Assembly (NCBI RefSeq): GCF_009914755.1
Contig: NC_060934.1
Strand: one strand, 5' to 3'
Source of the DNA: the human T2T-CHM13v2.0 reference genome, Homo sapiens
DNA length: 64,000 bases
This document shows, in pieces, positions 13,291 through 26,072 of the stretch (position 1 is its first letter; every line of letters begins with the position of its first letter). A program made the position numbers and the translations under genes. The notes beneath the pieces are model-generated. The model was not told the origin of the DNA. It searched no databases and saw only the letters and a list, made by a program, of their open reading frames with translations.

Positions 13291-15112
13291 TTTGGAAACT
13301 ATGATAAATTAAAATACATATACTTGATATTTTGCCCAGTTTTATTCATTTACCTAAGACTTTGGGAAAACCAGAGATGTTTGCTTTACCAAGTTCAAGG
13401 CAAGGAAGTTTTCAAGGAAATAATACAGATTCAAAGCCGCTGAGTAATATATTTTCTTGGACGTCTATGGATATGGTAGGTATCATTTTCCTAAGTTCAT
13501 TTTTCTACCTTAAAGGATAACACTTCAGAAGCCCAGCCAGACTGAGTTCATGGTTCAGGGACCCTTGAAGCTCATGTTATAGGGGTGGAGGGGGGAGATA
13601 CTGAAATCTTTCCAAAAATTTGAGTGTATAAATTACAGCTGCAGAAAACGGGGCTCCTCGTAGGAGGGCCATGTCTACTACCCCCCAGCTCTGAAAGCCT
13701 TTTCTTATGGGTGAGGAGGAAAGCACTTTTTCAAACACCTTCCTTTGCTCCTGTTTTTCTTCCAAATATCTTGTCATTTCATTTTCATTGCATCTAGGCC
13801 CTTGCTCGTTCCTTAAAGCCATTGAGCAGGAAGAATGGCCTTTTGCTGCACCCAAAACTCCATGTTCTCTGCAAATACATGCTGATGCGCCTGTTTACAG
13901 GTCAGGAACCAGCTAGGGCACCCACCCTATCCATGGTCTCTCAAAAACCTCTCCATCTTTGAAAAGCACTAATTTCACCTTATTTTCTGGATGAGTATTT
14001 TTCTTTTGCAAAGTAAGAAAGGATAAGGCTCAGGAAGCTTTGCGATACTCCTCATGGAAAAAAAGATGGGAAATTGATCCCAGGGTTTATGCTGCCCTCC
14101 TTCAGCACCTGCCTCCTACCTCCCACTAGAGTCCCCGAGAAGCCGGGGAGCCGGCTATGCTATCCTCCCAGCTTATGCCGATACTCCTCAACCTCAAATA
14201 AAACAAAATAAAGTGATTTAAAGATGTCCTACTTTCCAAGATCTACAGACTGTCTGCAGAACGTTAAGGGAAATTGGCTATCAGCCCAAAGTGTTTTTCC
14301 AAACCACCTCTTAAATATTTTCTGGCCAGAACAATGTATAAAGCCCACACTGTCATCTCAGAAGAGGGAAGACGGATGCTCTCCTGTTGCTCAGAGCCTC
14401 TGTTTGGCCCCAAAGCCCCCAGGTACTGTTAAGTTTCATTGTGATCCAATACCCATCTGCCAGACTAGAGCCTTGGGGTGCTTTCAATGCCAAATTTATA
14501 CAGGCTGATATTTGCATGCAAATATGTAGCTAGAAATAAATACTATAATTAGCATCCATTGAATTTGCAGGTCTCTGTTCCTTAAGCCCTCTGCACAATT
14601 TGGGTAGACACAAAAGTTGTGGATCTAAGCACAGATTTTTCTCATTTGATCACACACTATTGTAGCCTGGCTTTGAGGACAATTATAACTGAATTTGATT
14701 CTAAAGGTAAGGTAGAGGCACTTAGAGATTACATGTTGATTTGAGGAAATTTCATCCAGTCTGAGTCTGCAAGGTCAGACATGCAAGTAACTAGTAACGA
14801 AAAAGGAGGAAGATTCTGCTCCAAAACGCTCTTGAGACAATAAATGAAAATAATCAAAGGAAACCCATCATTTCCTATCACCTGTGTCAGGTCTTAAATC
14901 TGGGTCGCAGTCCAGTAATTAGGTGAAACAATTAAAACCTGGATGTTTTGTAAAGGAAACCGGCAAGAATTAATTCAAACTTAATTGAAGTGAGGCAGCC
15001 ACTTTCAAGGATGAGTTGGTGCTTTGCTCAGGTTTGAGAAGTGGGTGGGAGTTTGGGCAGCTCCAGAGACATCCCCCACCCCACTCGTTTTTGTGGAGAG
15101 GCTTCCCTTTTG

Positions 15113-15156
15113 GAATGAATGAATGAGTGAATGAATGAATGAGTGAGTGAATGAAT
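15113..15156 (+). repeat. (GAAT/GAGT)n microsatellite
   Basis: GAATGAATGAATGAGTGAATGAATGAATGAGTGAGTGAATGAAT read directly. Confidence 0.9.
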
Positions 15157-15734
15157 ATAAACGAGGCAAACCTTAAACTGACTTCTTATTCGTTTCTGGA
15201 TTTCAGATATTATGTAGATTTGTTGTGTGTGCACACATGTACCAAAGTGGACCCAAGCACATTTTAGTGCATGAAAGGCAAATAAAGTCCATACAACAAC
15301 AGTGTGGGCTGAGAGCACCGGCCGTGTGACCCTGGAACACAGGCTGGTTCAGGCACAGGACCCCACTGCTCGTCATCCTGTTCTGTGCCACAGGGCCTGC
15401 GCATGGAACAAGCCCAAGACGACTTCGTGATGAAATAAACCACTCAGACTTCACTTTTCACACTCCTCCTCAGATATAATCCTGCGTCCCTTTTTGAACT
15501 CAGGGATTTGTCGGCACTTCCTTTTCCCTTGGCTGGTAGGGCAGATAAATTAGACGGAGCTCTTGGCTCTGTATTGTGGGGAAACAAATGGGAAATCTCA
15601 TGGAAATCAAGTTGAAATATAAAATCATGAAAGGGCCTTTATGCAAGGTTGTTTTCAAAATTCTGCCTAGGACCTGTCCCCCAGCCCCACTGTCCAGTGT
15701 GTTACCCCAGATCAGCGGCTTCTCTGCAGAACAC

Positions 15735-16082
15735 GCTGGGACTGTGTTCTGGAGAGGTGTCTCTGGGCTGGAAGGAAGGTTCATGCTGGGACTGTGTTCT
15801 GGAGAGGTGTCTCTGGGCTGGAAGGAAGGTTCATGCTGGGACTGTGTTCTGGAGAGGTGTCTCTGGGCTGGAAGGAAGGTTCATGCTGGGACTGTGTTCT
15901 GGAGAGGTGTCTCTGGGCTGGAAGGAAGGTTCATGCTGGGACTGTGTTCTGGAGAGGTGTCTCTGGGCTGGAAGGAAGGTTCATGCTGGGACTGTGTTCT
16001 GGAGAGGTGTCTCTGGGCTGGAAGGAAGGTTCATGCTGGGACTGTGTTCTGGAGAGGTGTCTTTGAGCTGAAAGGAAGGTTC
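15735..16082 (+). repeat. 50-bp minisatellite (VNTR), ~7 copies
   Basis: Unit TCATGCTGGGACTGTGTTCTGGAGAGGTGTCTCTGGGCTGGAAGGAAGGT; five internal copies identical, first lacks the leading TCAT, last has 3 substitutions. Confidence 0.98.
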
Positions 16083-18359
16083 CCCAGTTGGAATGAGAGC
16101 ATGGGATTGGCAGCGTATTGACATGGTGTCTGGACTTAGTTGGAAAACCTAAAACACCCAGAGCCTAGGGCTTGGTTCAAGAGCCCACCCCAGTACCAGG
16201 AACTGTGGTTCTGGCCCAGTCATGGATAGACCAAAGTCTCCCTGCAAAAGGAGAACTTCTCATTCATTCTCTAATTCATTTGTTTTCAACACGGATGCAT
16301 TCCGTAAGCAACTGGAAACCCCAGTACAAATAGTCCAACTTTAGACAGTAGGACGGAGTAGAAGACAGGGTTCTGCTGAAAAAAAAATAAATGCTTTTCT
16401 AAGGTTAACGCCGGGAAAAGTCCGGGGCCTCCCGAATTCCACTCCAGTGCTCTTTAGTCACCGGGCCACTTGCCTTGTCAAATGTGCGGCTGGGTTTCAT
16501 CTCTGCACTGATGACAACGAAGGCCGTGGCAGCTATTAATCTTCACTATGGTCCTCATGAACTAGTTAAGCATGAAGGGTGACAGCCCTGAGCCCCAGGG
16601 GCCTTGACAACTGCGGGTCCTAGGGGCATTGTGATTCCGGGATCTCGAGAGGAAGAAATAACGTGCGCTAGTTTTGCTAGCCTCCTGGTCACTGGAAGCA
16701 GGATAGCCTGTCTCGGCTGTAAGGACTGGTCGTTAACTGTCAGGCACTGGCATTGTAGTCTTTGTCAACAATCCTAAGCAGATGCAGGGAGCACGATCTG
16801 CGAGTGAGGGGGGATTGGCAGCTGAAATGCAACCTCGTCATCAAGAGAATGTGGTGCACACCGATCGAAACTCGGCTGATTCTGCCAGCTCCAATGTCAC
16901 TCACGCCCTTATTGACGGGTGCTTCTTCATTCCATCTGTTGAATGGAAGCCTTGGTTATTTTCATTCTGAAATTGCACAGGATGACACATCCCCTGTCTT
17001 TCTGTACATTTTAGTCAACGTGCCACTGTGGTGACATGCATCAATCAGGCATCTCGGGGCAGCATGCCCTCCAGTGCCAGCATTCCGTTCGGGGCAGCAC
17101 CCGGCCCTGCCCAGCCTGCTCAACATTCCCACGGAGGTCCATGGAATTTTCAAGCAAGTGCATTATGAGTGGATGAATATCAAGTTGTGCTTCTCAGCTT
17201 TAAAAATGAAATTTACGAGTCCAGCCTAGGGATTTATTTCCCACCTCCTTAGCGCCCTCCCCTCCTTAAATGATAAGAAACAACTGGAACAAGACTCTGG
17301 GGTGTCATGCTGTCAAAAAAATTCTTAATGAAATTAAAACCCTCACACTCTGACTAATGCTATTTCTGGCTGTGGAGCTCGATGCTGTCGATGTGTGACT
17401 ATCTCCACGTCTGCCGGCCTAGTGGCTCCACGTCTGAAGAGTTGCTGCATGTCAGCTATTTGCCCCAGGGAATATGGGTGGAATATTTTATACCTGAAGT
17501 GGCCTTATTTTCAGGCAATGGCATAGCATGAAACGCAACTCCACTGTGTGTGCAAGAAGAAATGCCGCTTGAAAAACACAGCAGAGAAACGGTGAGATAC
17601 AGTCAGGGGGAAAATGCCCTTGGAAGAAAAAAGCATGTCCAATCCTCTACATTTCTAATTCTGAAATTTTGGAGAAGCCTCCCCAAAAACTGCAACCTCT
17701 TTCTCTGCCTTAAACAACCCTTTGTCGATCTGATGTGGGAAGACCTGCTGCCAGGGGAATGAATGCCATCATTCCGAAAACCGTGTATTCAGAGGGAGGT
17801 GGAAGGTCGCACAGCCACTAGCATTCATTAGGAGCTGAAGATGCCTCTCAACTCCTCTTCCCTTAAACAAAAAACGCATATTCAAAAGATGAAATGATGC
17901 TTTTTATAAATTCTTGTACATTGATTTCTAAATTTCTCTTATTATGCGTGTTAAGGTTTTTCTTTTAGGTAAGAATTTTCTCTACATCAAAAGCAAATAG
18001 TTTTTTTTTTTTTAAAAAAAAACGTATGATTTCTTTCAAAACATAAGCCTTCTTCCTATGCAAGTTTACCAAATTCCTTATCCCATACACAACACAAATG
18101 TCAAATCTAGTTCATTTAAAATGAAAACTCTCAGAGTGGAACTCATTGCCCAGTTTATCTGTTCCCCTTCTCTTCTCATGTCCCCAAATAGTACTAAAAT
18201 GCTTGCGAGAGAGGCACTGGTGGCTTTTAGAACCTTCCCTTTATTTTCTGCTTAAATGTGTTTGTTAAATGTCACAGCGCCGAGAAGGTTCAGTGCTGGA
18301 GTTCAAGAACACTCCGAAATGTCTTATTAATTCTTCATAACGCATCGACAGGCAATGCT

Positions 18360-18530
18360 TAAAAACAAAGCCCCAAGAAGAAAGCTGTGGTGAGTCACGG
18401 GCTGCACGTGGCTTGTCCCCGCTTCGGCATCTGGAAGCCCACTTCTAAACAGGAAAGGCATTTTTAACCCTGGTTTGTTTGTTTTACAGTGTCCAACTAT
18501 CTGAGTCACATTCCTGGCACTTGGCACTTT
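18360..18530. promoter_or_regulatory. Candidate AP-1/RUNX/TEAD enhancer
   Basis: TGTGGT 18386-18391 abutting TGAGTCA 18391-18397, CACGTG 18405-18410, second TGAGTCA 18502-18508 abutting ACATTCC 18508-18514, plus SOX, FOX and NFI-like sites, all in repeat-free DNA. Confidence 0.5.
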
Positions 18531-20639
18531 GTTTTAATTGAACACATACTATTAAACCCAAACTAAGGTTCTGAGTCTCTCAATTACCTGCAATTTTTGT
18601 CTTTCAAAGGAAAAAAAAAGCCAAGGAGTCGCCGCTGCCCATATTTATTGGGAACCATCTGTTACACCTCTAATTAAAACCCACTTGTAATGAGCTTGTT
18701 AGTGCACAAAATGTGTCAGGTATCGGATATTATTCATGAAGCAGTTGTTTTGGTGGCTGAATGATGCCTTAAAATCCTATTAGTTTAACAAAGTAATGTA
18801 TTAGTATTTTGACCCGATATACAAGAGACTTCAGAATGACCTGGCACTCAGCTTGTTTAATATTTTTTTCTCAAATATGTTGCTATTTCTACCTAATATA
18901 TAGTCAGATGGCCTCTTATAATTGCAGTATCAAATCTTTGCCTCAATTTTCAACTGCAGGTGATTCCAAATGATTAAAGATGCACAACGGGGAATAAACA
19001 AAAATGCTTACATGCAATTATTTTTAATTAGTATTTGGCTATAAAGTGTATGCCTTCATAAAAAAGTCTGTTATTCACATAAACATCTGTTACCATACAC
19101 ACAAGGAAACACACTGTAAGTCTGTCATCACATCACCAAAACAGAAACACGGAGGGAGGCTGGCCAGGAAAGCCAGCACTTTGAGCTCTTCAACAAAAGA
19201 TCTGAGTCTAACTAACTGCCAAAACAGACGCCAAGCCACACCTTTCAATTACCATCGCTCACAATCAAAGGAAGAGCGGTTACCCACGGAATTACACTCG
19301 AAAATGTTAAAATAGATGGAATTATTCTTTGAAAACAATAGAATCTCTGAGCACGAGACAATTTCAAATTCTTTTACTAATTTTGCACCCGTGCGCATAA
19401 TCAGACAGTTTCCTGTTTGCACGCTGTCTGCTGGCTGCTAATTTTCCAGGTTCTCCGCACTCTTATTTTTGTTCGTTAATACATCCAAACTTTGTGAAAT
19501 GCAGCGGCTTAAATCCCAAGTGCCGAATATTAGCCTTGTTTCACGAGAGCCTCCAGCAAGGGGAAAAAATATATATATATTTTAAGTGAGCGTGCCCCCA
19601 CCACGCACAGGGAGAGAGATACAGGGAAATAAATTAATACTGCAGTAATTGATAGGTGGAGATAAGGCTGCTCTGTGGAATACTGAGAGGAAAATGAAGG
19701 GGAGGTGTGAGAATACTTTGCCCATGAATTACTGAATCAGTGGGAATTAGCCGGCTCCAGTCGGTGGAAGCTCTTGGAAGCGTAGGGCTCCAGGATTACC
19801 CCCAGAAACCCAAGTTAACACACTCTGTTCGCAGCCCAAAATCTGCAGCTTTTATTAAACGCACAATTCACGTGCCAAAAGAACTTATCTTCATTTGCAT
19901 GAAAATGCTAACAATAATTTAATTGAATCACACAAATCAGCATCTATACTATTGCCACACTGGGTTGTCTGTGCTCAAATTAGGCAGAAATCATGACCCC
20001 TGGCTGTGGCCCCGGGGGATCAATAAGCAGTTGTTACCCTAACACCCCTCCCTGCCCCGCACCAGGCTCTGGCTTGCCCCTTACAAGGCGATGTTCATCC
20101 GCCTCACCAAGGCACGGCCCCCCTGAGGGAGGCTGTGTTGGAGATTCTCACCAGTCTGTCCTGACCATGTCAGGGAGGACACAGCCCAGGGCAGCGGGCA
20201 AGTGGACCAAAGGACCTCCGCATCGTGGCCTCAGTCTTTCTAACTGTTCAAACTCAGCTCTGACTCCCAAGATGGTCTTGGAGGGCCCAAGACGGAAGGC
20301 CAGTCCCCAGGAACACGGCACCCCTCCACACTGCCCACACACTGCCAGCCTGCATCAAGCACCCTCATCTCCCAGAAACAGGCCCATCTGGGAGGCTGGT
20401 GTTAACCTGCAGCCAAGACGCCTTTAAACCCGGCCGCCTGGCAGGCAAAAGCCCAGGTTCACTCAAGGGCAAGCAGCACAATCATTAGCAGCCCCGTGTA
20501 ATTTAAAAACATAACCAGGAACAACTGAAAGGAAGAAATATACTGTGGGACTAAATCTATTGATCAAGAGCCCCCCAAAGACAGGCCGTAAATAAAATGG
20601 CACAATGACCAGAAAAGGCCGGTTTTACATTAAGAAGCA

Positions 20640-20880
20640 GCAAATTCATTGCCGGGGTGAGCCTGGGAGCCAGGCCCGTGCGCCGGCTGCGTCCTCCCAG
20701 GCAGGAAGGTGAAAGATGACCCATTCCTCACGCGGGAGGCGCGCTGGGCTACAGCCAGGCTGCCCTTTGCTAAGCGCGCATCCCTCACGCGAGGAATCCT
20801 CATTTTTCAATCATGCCCGCGTTTCAGCCGTCTTCCCCTTGACGTCACTCCTTCGGCATCGTCTCTCCGTCGAAGAGATA
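20640..20880. promoter_or_regulatory. Short CpG-rich segment with a full CRE
   Basis: Dense CpG/CGCG relative to flanks; palindromic TGACGTCA at 20840-20847. Confidence 0.5.
20710..20809. repeat. ~100-nt imperfect inverted repeat (hairpin)
   Basis: Nested stems TGAAAGATGA/TCATTTTTCA, ATTCCTC/GAGGAAT, GCGCGCT/AGCGCGC and CAGC/GCTG. Confidence 0.85.
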
Positions 20881-21322
20881 CTTTTAACCATTCAGTGCCC
20901 TGACCCTGGACTCCCTGCTGGGCTTGTGCCCAGAGCCCAAGGAAGGCCGCCTCCCCCTTCGCAGGATGCTCTAGCGCACTTGCAAAGCCCAGGGCCACCT
21001 CCCCACCATCTCCTGATGGAGACAAGGTGGCCTGGCAGGTGACGGACAGCACATCACTTGCCACCCCAGGGTCAGCTGTGCTACCTGGGACCTCTGTCCC
21101 TTGCTTATTTTGGCAACAGAATCACAAAATCTTTGTTGGTTGAGGGGCGAAACTGGATGGAATTTTGAAAATCAAAGTTGCTATTCATATGTAGAATGTG
21201 TGGAAAATGAAACAACAAATATGAATGCCCAAGATTAATCTGAGAAAAATCCTAGGATAGCATGGGGCCAACCGGCAGAGTATCCATTACTGGTCTAGAA
21301 ATTTCCCGGTAATATTCCTGGG

Positions 21323-22044
<722 letters not shown>

Positions 22045-22589
22045 TCAAACTGCTAGAAAAGAGCTCACCCTGATTTCTGAGGTCAGCACTTTACTCAGAT
22101 ATTTCTCAATAGCTGCATTTATTTTCATTCTTTTGCAAGCACCTTATACTTCTGAAGATTGTACAAAGTTTTACCAACTACAACAGCTACCAACAATGAT
22201 TTTCCTGGTTTTGTTAGAAAACAGAATGCCTGTTCTTTGCCCAGACCTTTCGTTAGAGGGAGATCTCTTCTGTACTGCTTATTTGCTAATGTTTGTACTT
22301 ACTATGTTAATTTCTTCCATACACATATCACTCAAGAGAATATAGCCGGTGTGAAATTAATCGGCATGAAGAGGTCTGTTGGCATGAGCAGCATCCAAAC
22401 AGGCAGATCTTGTGATTTTGTGGCAATTACTTCCTTGTCAGCAGAGCTTGGCTGCATTGTGGGAGACAAGGCCACTAGACAGTGCAGGGAACTGGTTTCT
22501 GGCCCCCATGTGGTCACCTGTCAGTGGACCTTGGGCCATACCTCCCACCTGTCCATTCCCACCTCCTCCTGAACCAGGCCCCTCTGTGT

Positions 22590-22995
22590 CCCCAGCATGT
22601 TCCCTCAGCCTGCCCCCTCCAGCCATGGCTGCCTCCTCCAGGGGCATGCAGGCCTTGGTGGCAGCATGTCCATCGGTCTGCACTGAGCACCTCTGGCTTC
22701 CTCCCTGGGCTGCCCAAGAGAAGCTGCATGGTGCACTACCTGGGAGAGCGGGGAGGTCACACTCTCAGGCCGCCTTTGGCCAGCGGGAGCCAGATGGAGA
22801 AAAAGCTTCCTCCTTTATCCCAAAAGACCGTTCTGAAACACTTTTCATGAGACACCCAGAAGATTCTGGCTGTATCCTGCCCCAGTTGCCATGGGAGTGT
22901 CTGGCACCATCATGCATGCTTGCCTGTGGGTCCTTTTCTCTCTCTCATTTCCCATGCCCGACTCTCTGCTCCCTGGGATCTCTTCCCAAATGCCC
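22590..22995 (+). mobile_element. ERVL LTR (LTR16-like)
   Basis: CCCCAGTTGCC...CTCTCTCATTTCCC...CTCCCTGGGATCTCTTCCCAAAT resembles the LTR16 3' half. Confidence 0.55.
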
Positions 22996-24059
22996 CACTG
23001 AGGCTATAAAAGGACGTTTCCTGGCCAATTTCTTCATGGATTGCCAGCGCTAAAACGGGGGTCACATGCCGTTCACATGTTTTCTTAATATATGAACCCT
23101 ACAAATACAATGTTACTCATTCTTACAATCTACACTTTTTTCACCAATCAAGTCTTTCATTATTACATTATTCCAATAATTATTGACAATCACGGAACAA
23201 AACATTTTACTGTGCCACACAATTGGCCTTGTATGCAGCCTTGTATGTGATGCAAATCTTTTAGGATCATGCATAAGCTTGGCTAAACCAAAGGCAGCTG
23301 GAGTGAGGTTGTTGTTTTTCTCTGAATCCGAATTTTCTGCTAGGTCATTTGTGCAGGACCTGCATTTGTGCAGGTCATTTGTAGGCTGTGTTCTCCCTTT
23401 CCCAATGTTAATGAAGTCATATTGGCCATTTTTTGACTAATCATTGCCCTATAAGTGGTTTGATTATTGATCTTATGGTTAGATTATAAGTTTGTCTCTC
23501 TGTACATTTCATCGTTGAATTCCTTCAGATTAATATAATAATACCTGATAACAGTTACGACTCAATAAATATTGATTCATTGATTCATTGAATAAGCAAA
23601 TAAAAACTTGTGAAGAGCAAAAGTAAGAGTTAAAGAAAACACTGGAATCATGGCTAGGCCTTAACAAATTGATATGAATGAGAGAAACTCTTAAATAACT
23701 AAAACAGGACAATGAATTAGAATATAATATTTACTAAATATTTTCGAAGCTTATAGTAAGAAAATAAATCATTATTTTCAGTAGTTTAGAGAACAGAATT
23801 AATTTGTATCCAAGTTATTTAAATAACATTTGAAATATGCCATAAAATCTTACCAGATACTTTAAAATGCAGGCATTCTTTCATTTCTCCTACTTTACAA
23901 TTGGAAGGAATGCCTGAGCCCTTTCTATCTCACAGGCACTGTATCTAGTGTGCCTCTTCCTTTTCTCTTTTTTGTTCTCCTAAGCTGGGTGAAGTGGGCA
24001 ATGGTTTATTTTGCCTGCTCTGCATCTGTGCACCTTCACCTGAGTTTTTCCTGCATTTT

Positions 24060-24516
24060 CCCATTGGCACCATCCATAAGCATTCCCTCATCCCCACCAT
24101 GGGATAGGCATGAGACACAGGTCTGCTCACCCCGTGTCCCCAGTTACTGGTTCAGATGCAGACCTCTTTCCCACATGGGGTCAATGAAAGGCTTCCCAGA
24201 GAGCTGACACACAGATTCTGAGACCATCTCGCTCTTTTGTCTCTCTCTTTTCCTCTGGCATCAAAGACCTAAGGGCCACTCATGGGAGTCTGGAGCTGCC
24301 ATGGTGCCTGGCAAGCCATGTGGAAGAAGTTTTATGCAGAATGAGGCCAAGCCAGGCAGCAACTTAGGGGAGAGAAAGACAGAGAAGACCTAGAATGTTC
24401 TTTGACCCCTGGATCCAGCTGTGCAGAGCTAGGATTTTCAATGCCATGAACCAACAAATTTCTTGGGACTTCAGCTGAGTTTCTGCCACTTGCCATGAAT
24501 GAGTCCAACTAATACA
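24060..24516 (+). mobile_element. MaLR LTR (MLT1H/I/J-like)
   Basis: CCCCTGGATCCAGCTGTGC and terminal TTTCTGCCACTTGC...CTAATACA. Confidence 0.7.
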
Positions 24517-25149
24517 CTTGGACATTGTTTCTAGGAAGAATATGCTGTCTCAGGTTAGAGTCACAAGTGTCCACAGCCTATATAATACAACATTTGGCCT
24601 CATAATTTCTGCTGTAAACAGAAATCAGTTCTTCAAAGTCCCCTGATGCTAAAAGTTTTATTTCTTTTTGTGACTTTTTAATTGCTCGTCAAAGAGCACC
24701 TTTCTTCTGCTTCACTCAACAAGTTTATATGGCTATGTTCTGCTTAGAAACTCTGGGCAGAGAGAAAGATTTAATGCTTAACTGATAGTCAATATAGATT
24801 TGTTTTCATTTCAAAGTTCATTGGAATAAAATTACATCTTATAACTAAACCTAAGGGAAGCCTCATCAATAAAAATTAAAAATTAGTAAAAGCTATTTAG
24901 TAATAAAGAACTAGATATAAATTTTTAAAAATTATCAAATTTAGTAACTGTATTTTGTGCTTCATATGCTTTTAAGAAACAAGACCAGAAGCATCTTGGA
25001 TGGAACCATTTTGATAGGCATTGATCTGGTTCAACAGAAACCAAGTCACATTTTGGGCCTAAGCATTGTGAAAGCAAGGGTCTAAGACTAGGAAGATACA
25101 TCTTAAAATATAAATACATAAATTTTAATGTCTTTTAAACTAATTTACT

Positions 25150-25664
<515 letters not shown>

Positions 25665-25919
25665 CTACCTGCTTTCCATGGGGCTGGTGTAGATTTCCTG
25701 CCCTATCATTATTTTCCCAGGAGATGCATTCTTTCTCTTAATATCTGTCCTTCCAAAGTTGAGCATATCTAAAAACCAAACCATAAACATAGCCTGGTTT
25801 GAATACAAATAGGCACGCAGTGGAGCCTGATAAACCCTCATGGTCCGTCATGAATTTGTTATGAGAGGTGGCAAACGAGACACTCTCCCGCATGGAGAGG
25901 GGCTTGAAACCAGCACAGT

Positions 25920-26072
25920 ACATACCTGGAGCCCTCTTCAATTCCCACACCCGTCATTTACTATTTGTGTGGCCTTCAACAAGCGACCTATCCTGCCTGT
26001 TTTCCCATCTGTAAAAATGGGTGTAATCCTAATGGTGCCCATCTGGTAGGGCCATTTCATAGATGAAATGAT
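25920..26072 (+). mobile_element. MIR SINE
   Basis: CATTTACTATTTGTGTGGCCTT...TTTCCCATCTGTAAAAATGGG. Confidence 0.7.

Noticed and set aside
15576-16121. 181-, 140- and 90-aa ORFs as a gene, or the array as CRISPR
   Set aside because: The ORFs come from a stop-free tandem repeat. The units are contiguous with no unique spacers, there are no cas genes, and the DNA is primate.
22412-23053. 213-aa ORF
   Set aside because: Mostly within an LTR16-like remnant, non-ATG start, no recognisable domain.
23342-23382. Short local repeats of CATTTGT/AGGTCA; also the 16-bp tandem at 38174-38203
   Set aside because: Ordinary slippage duplications; half-site spacing fits no standard nuclear-receptor element.
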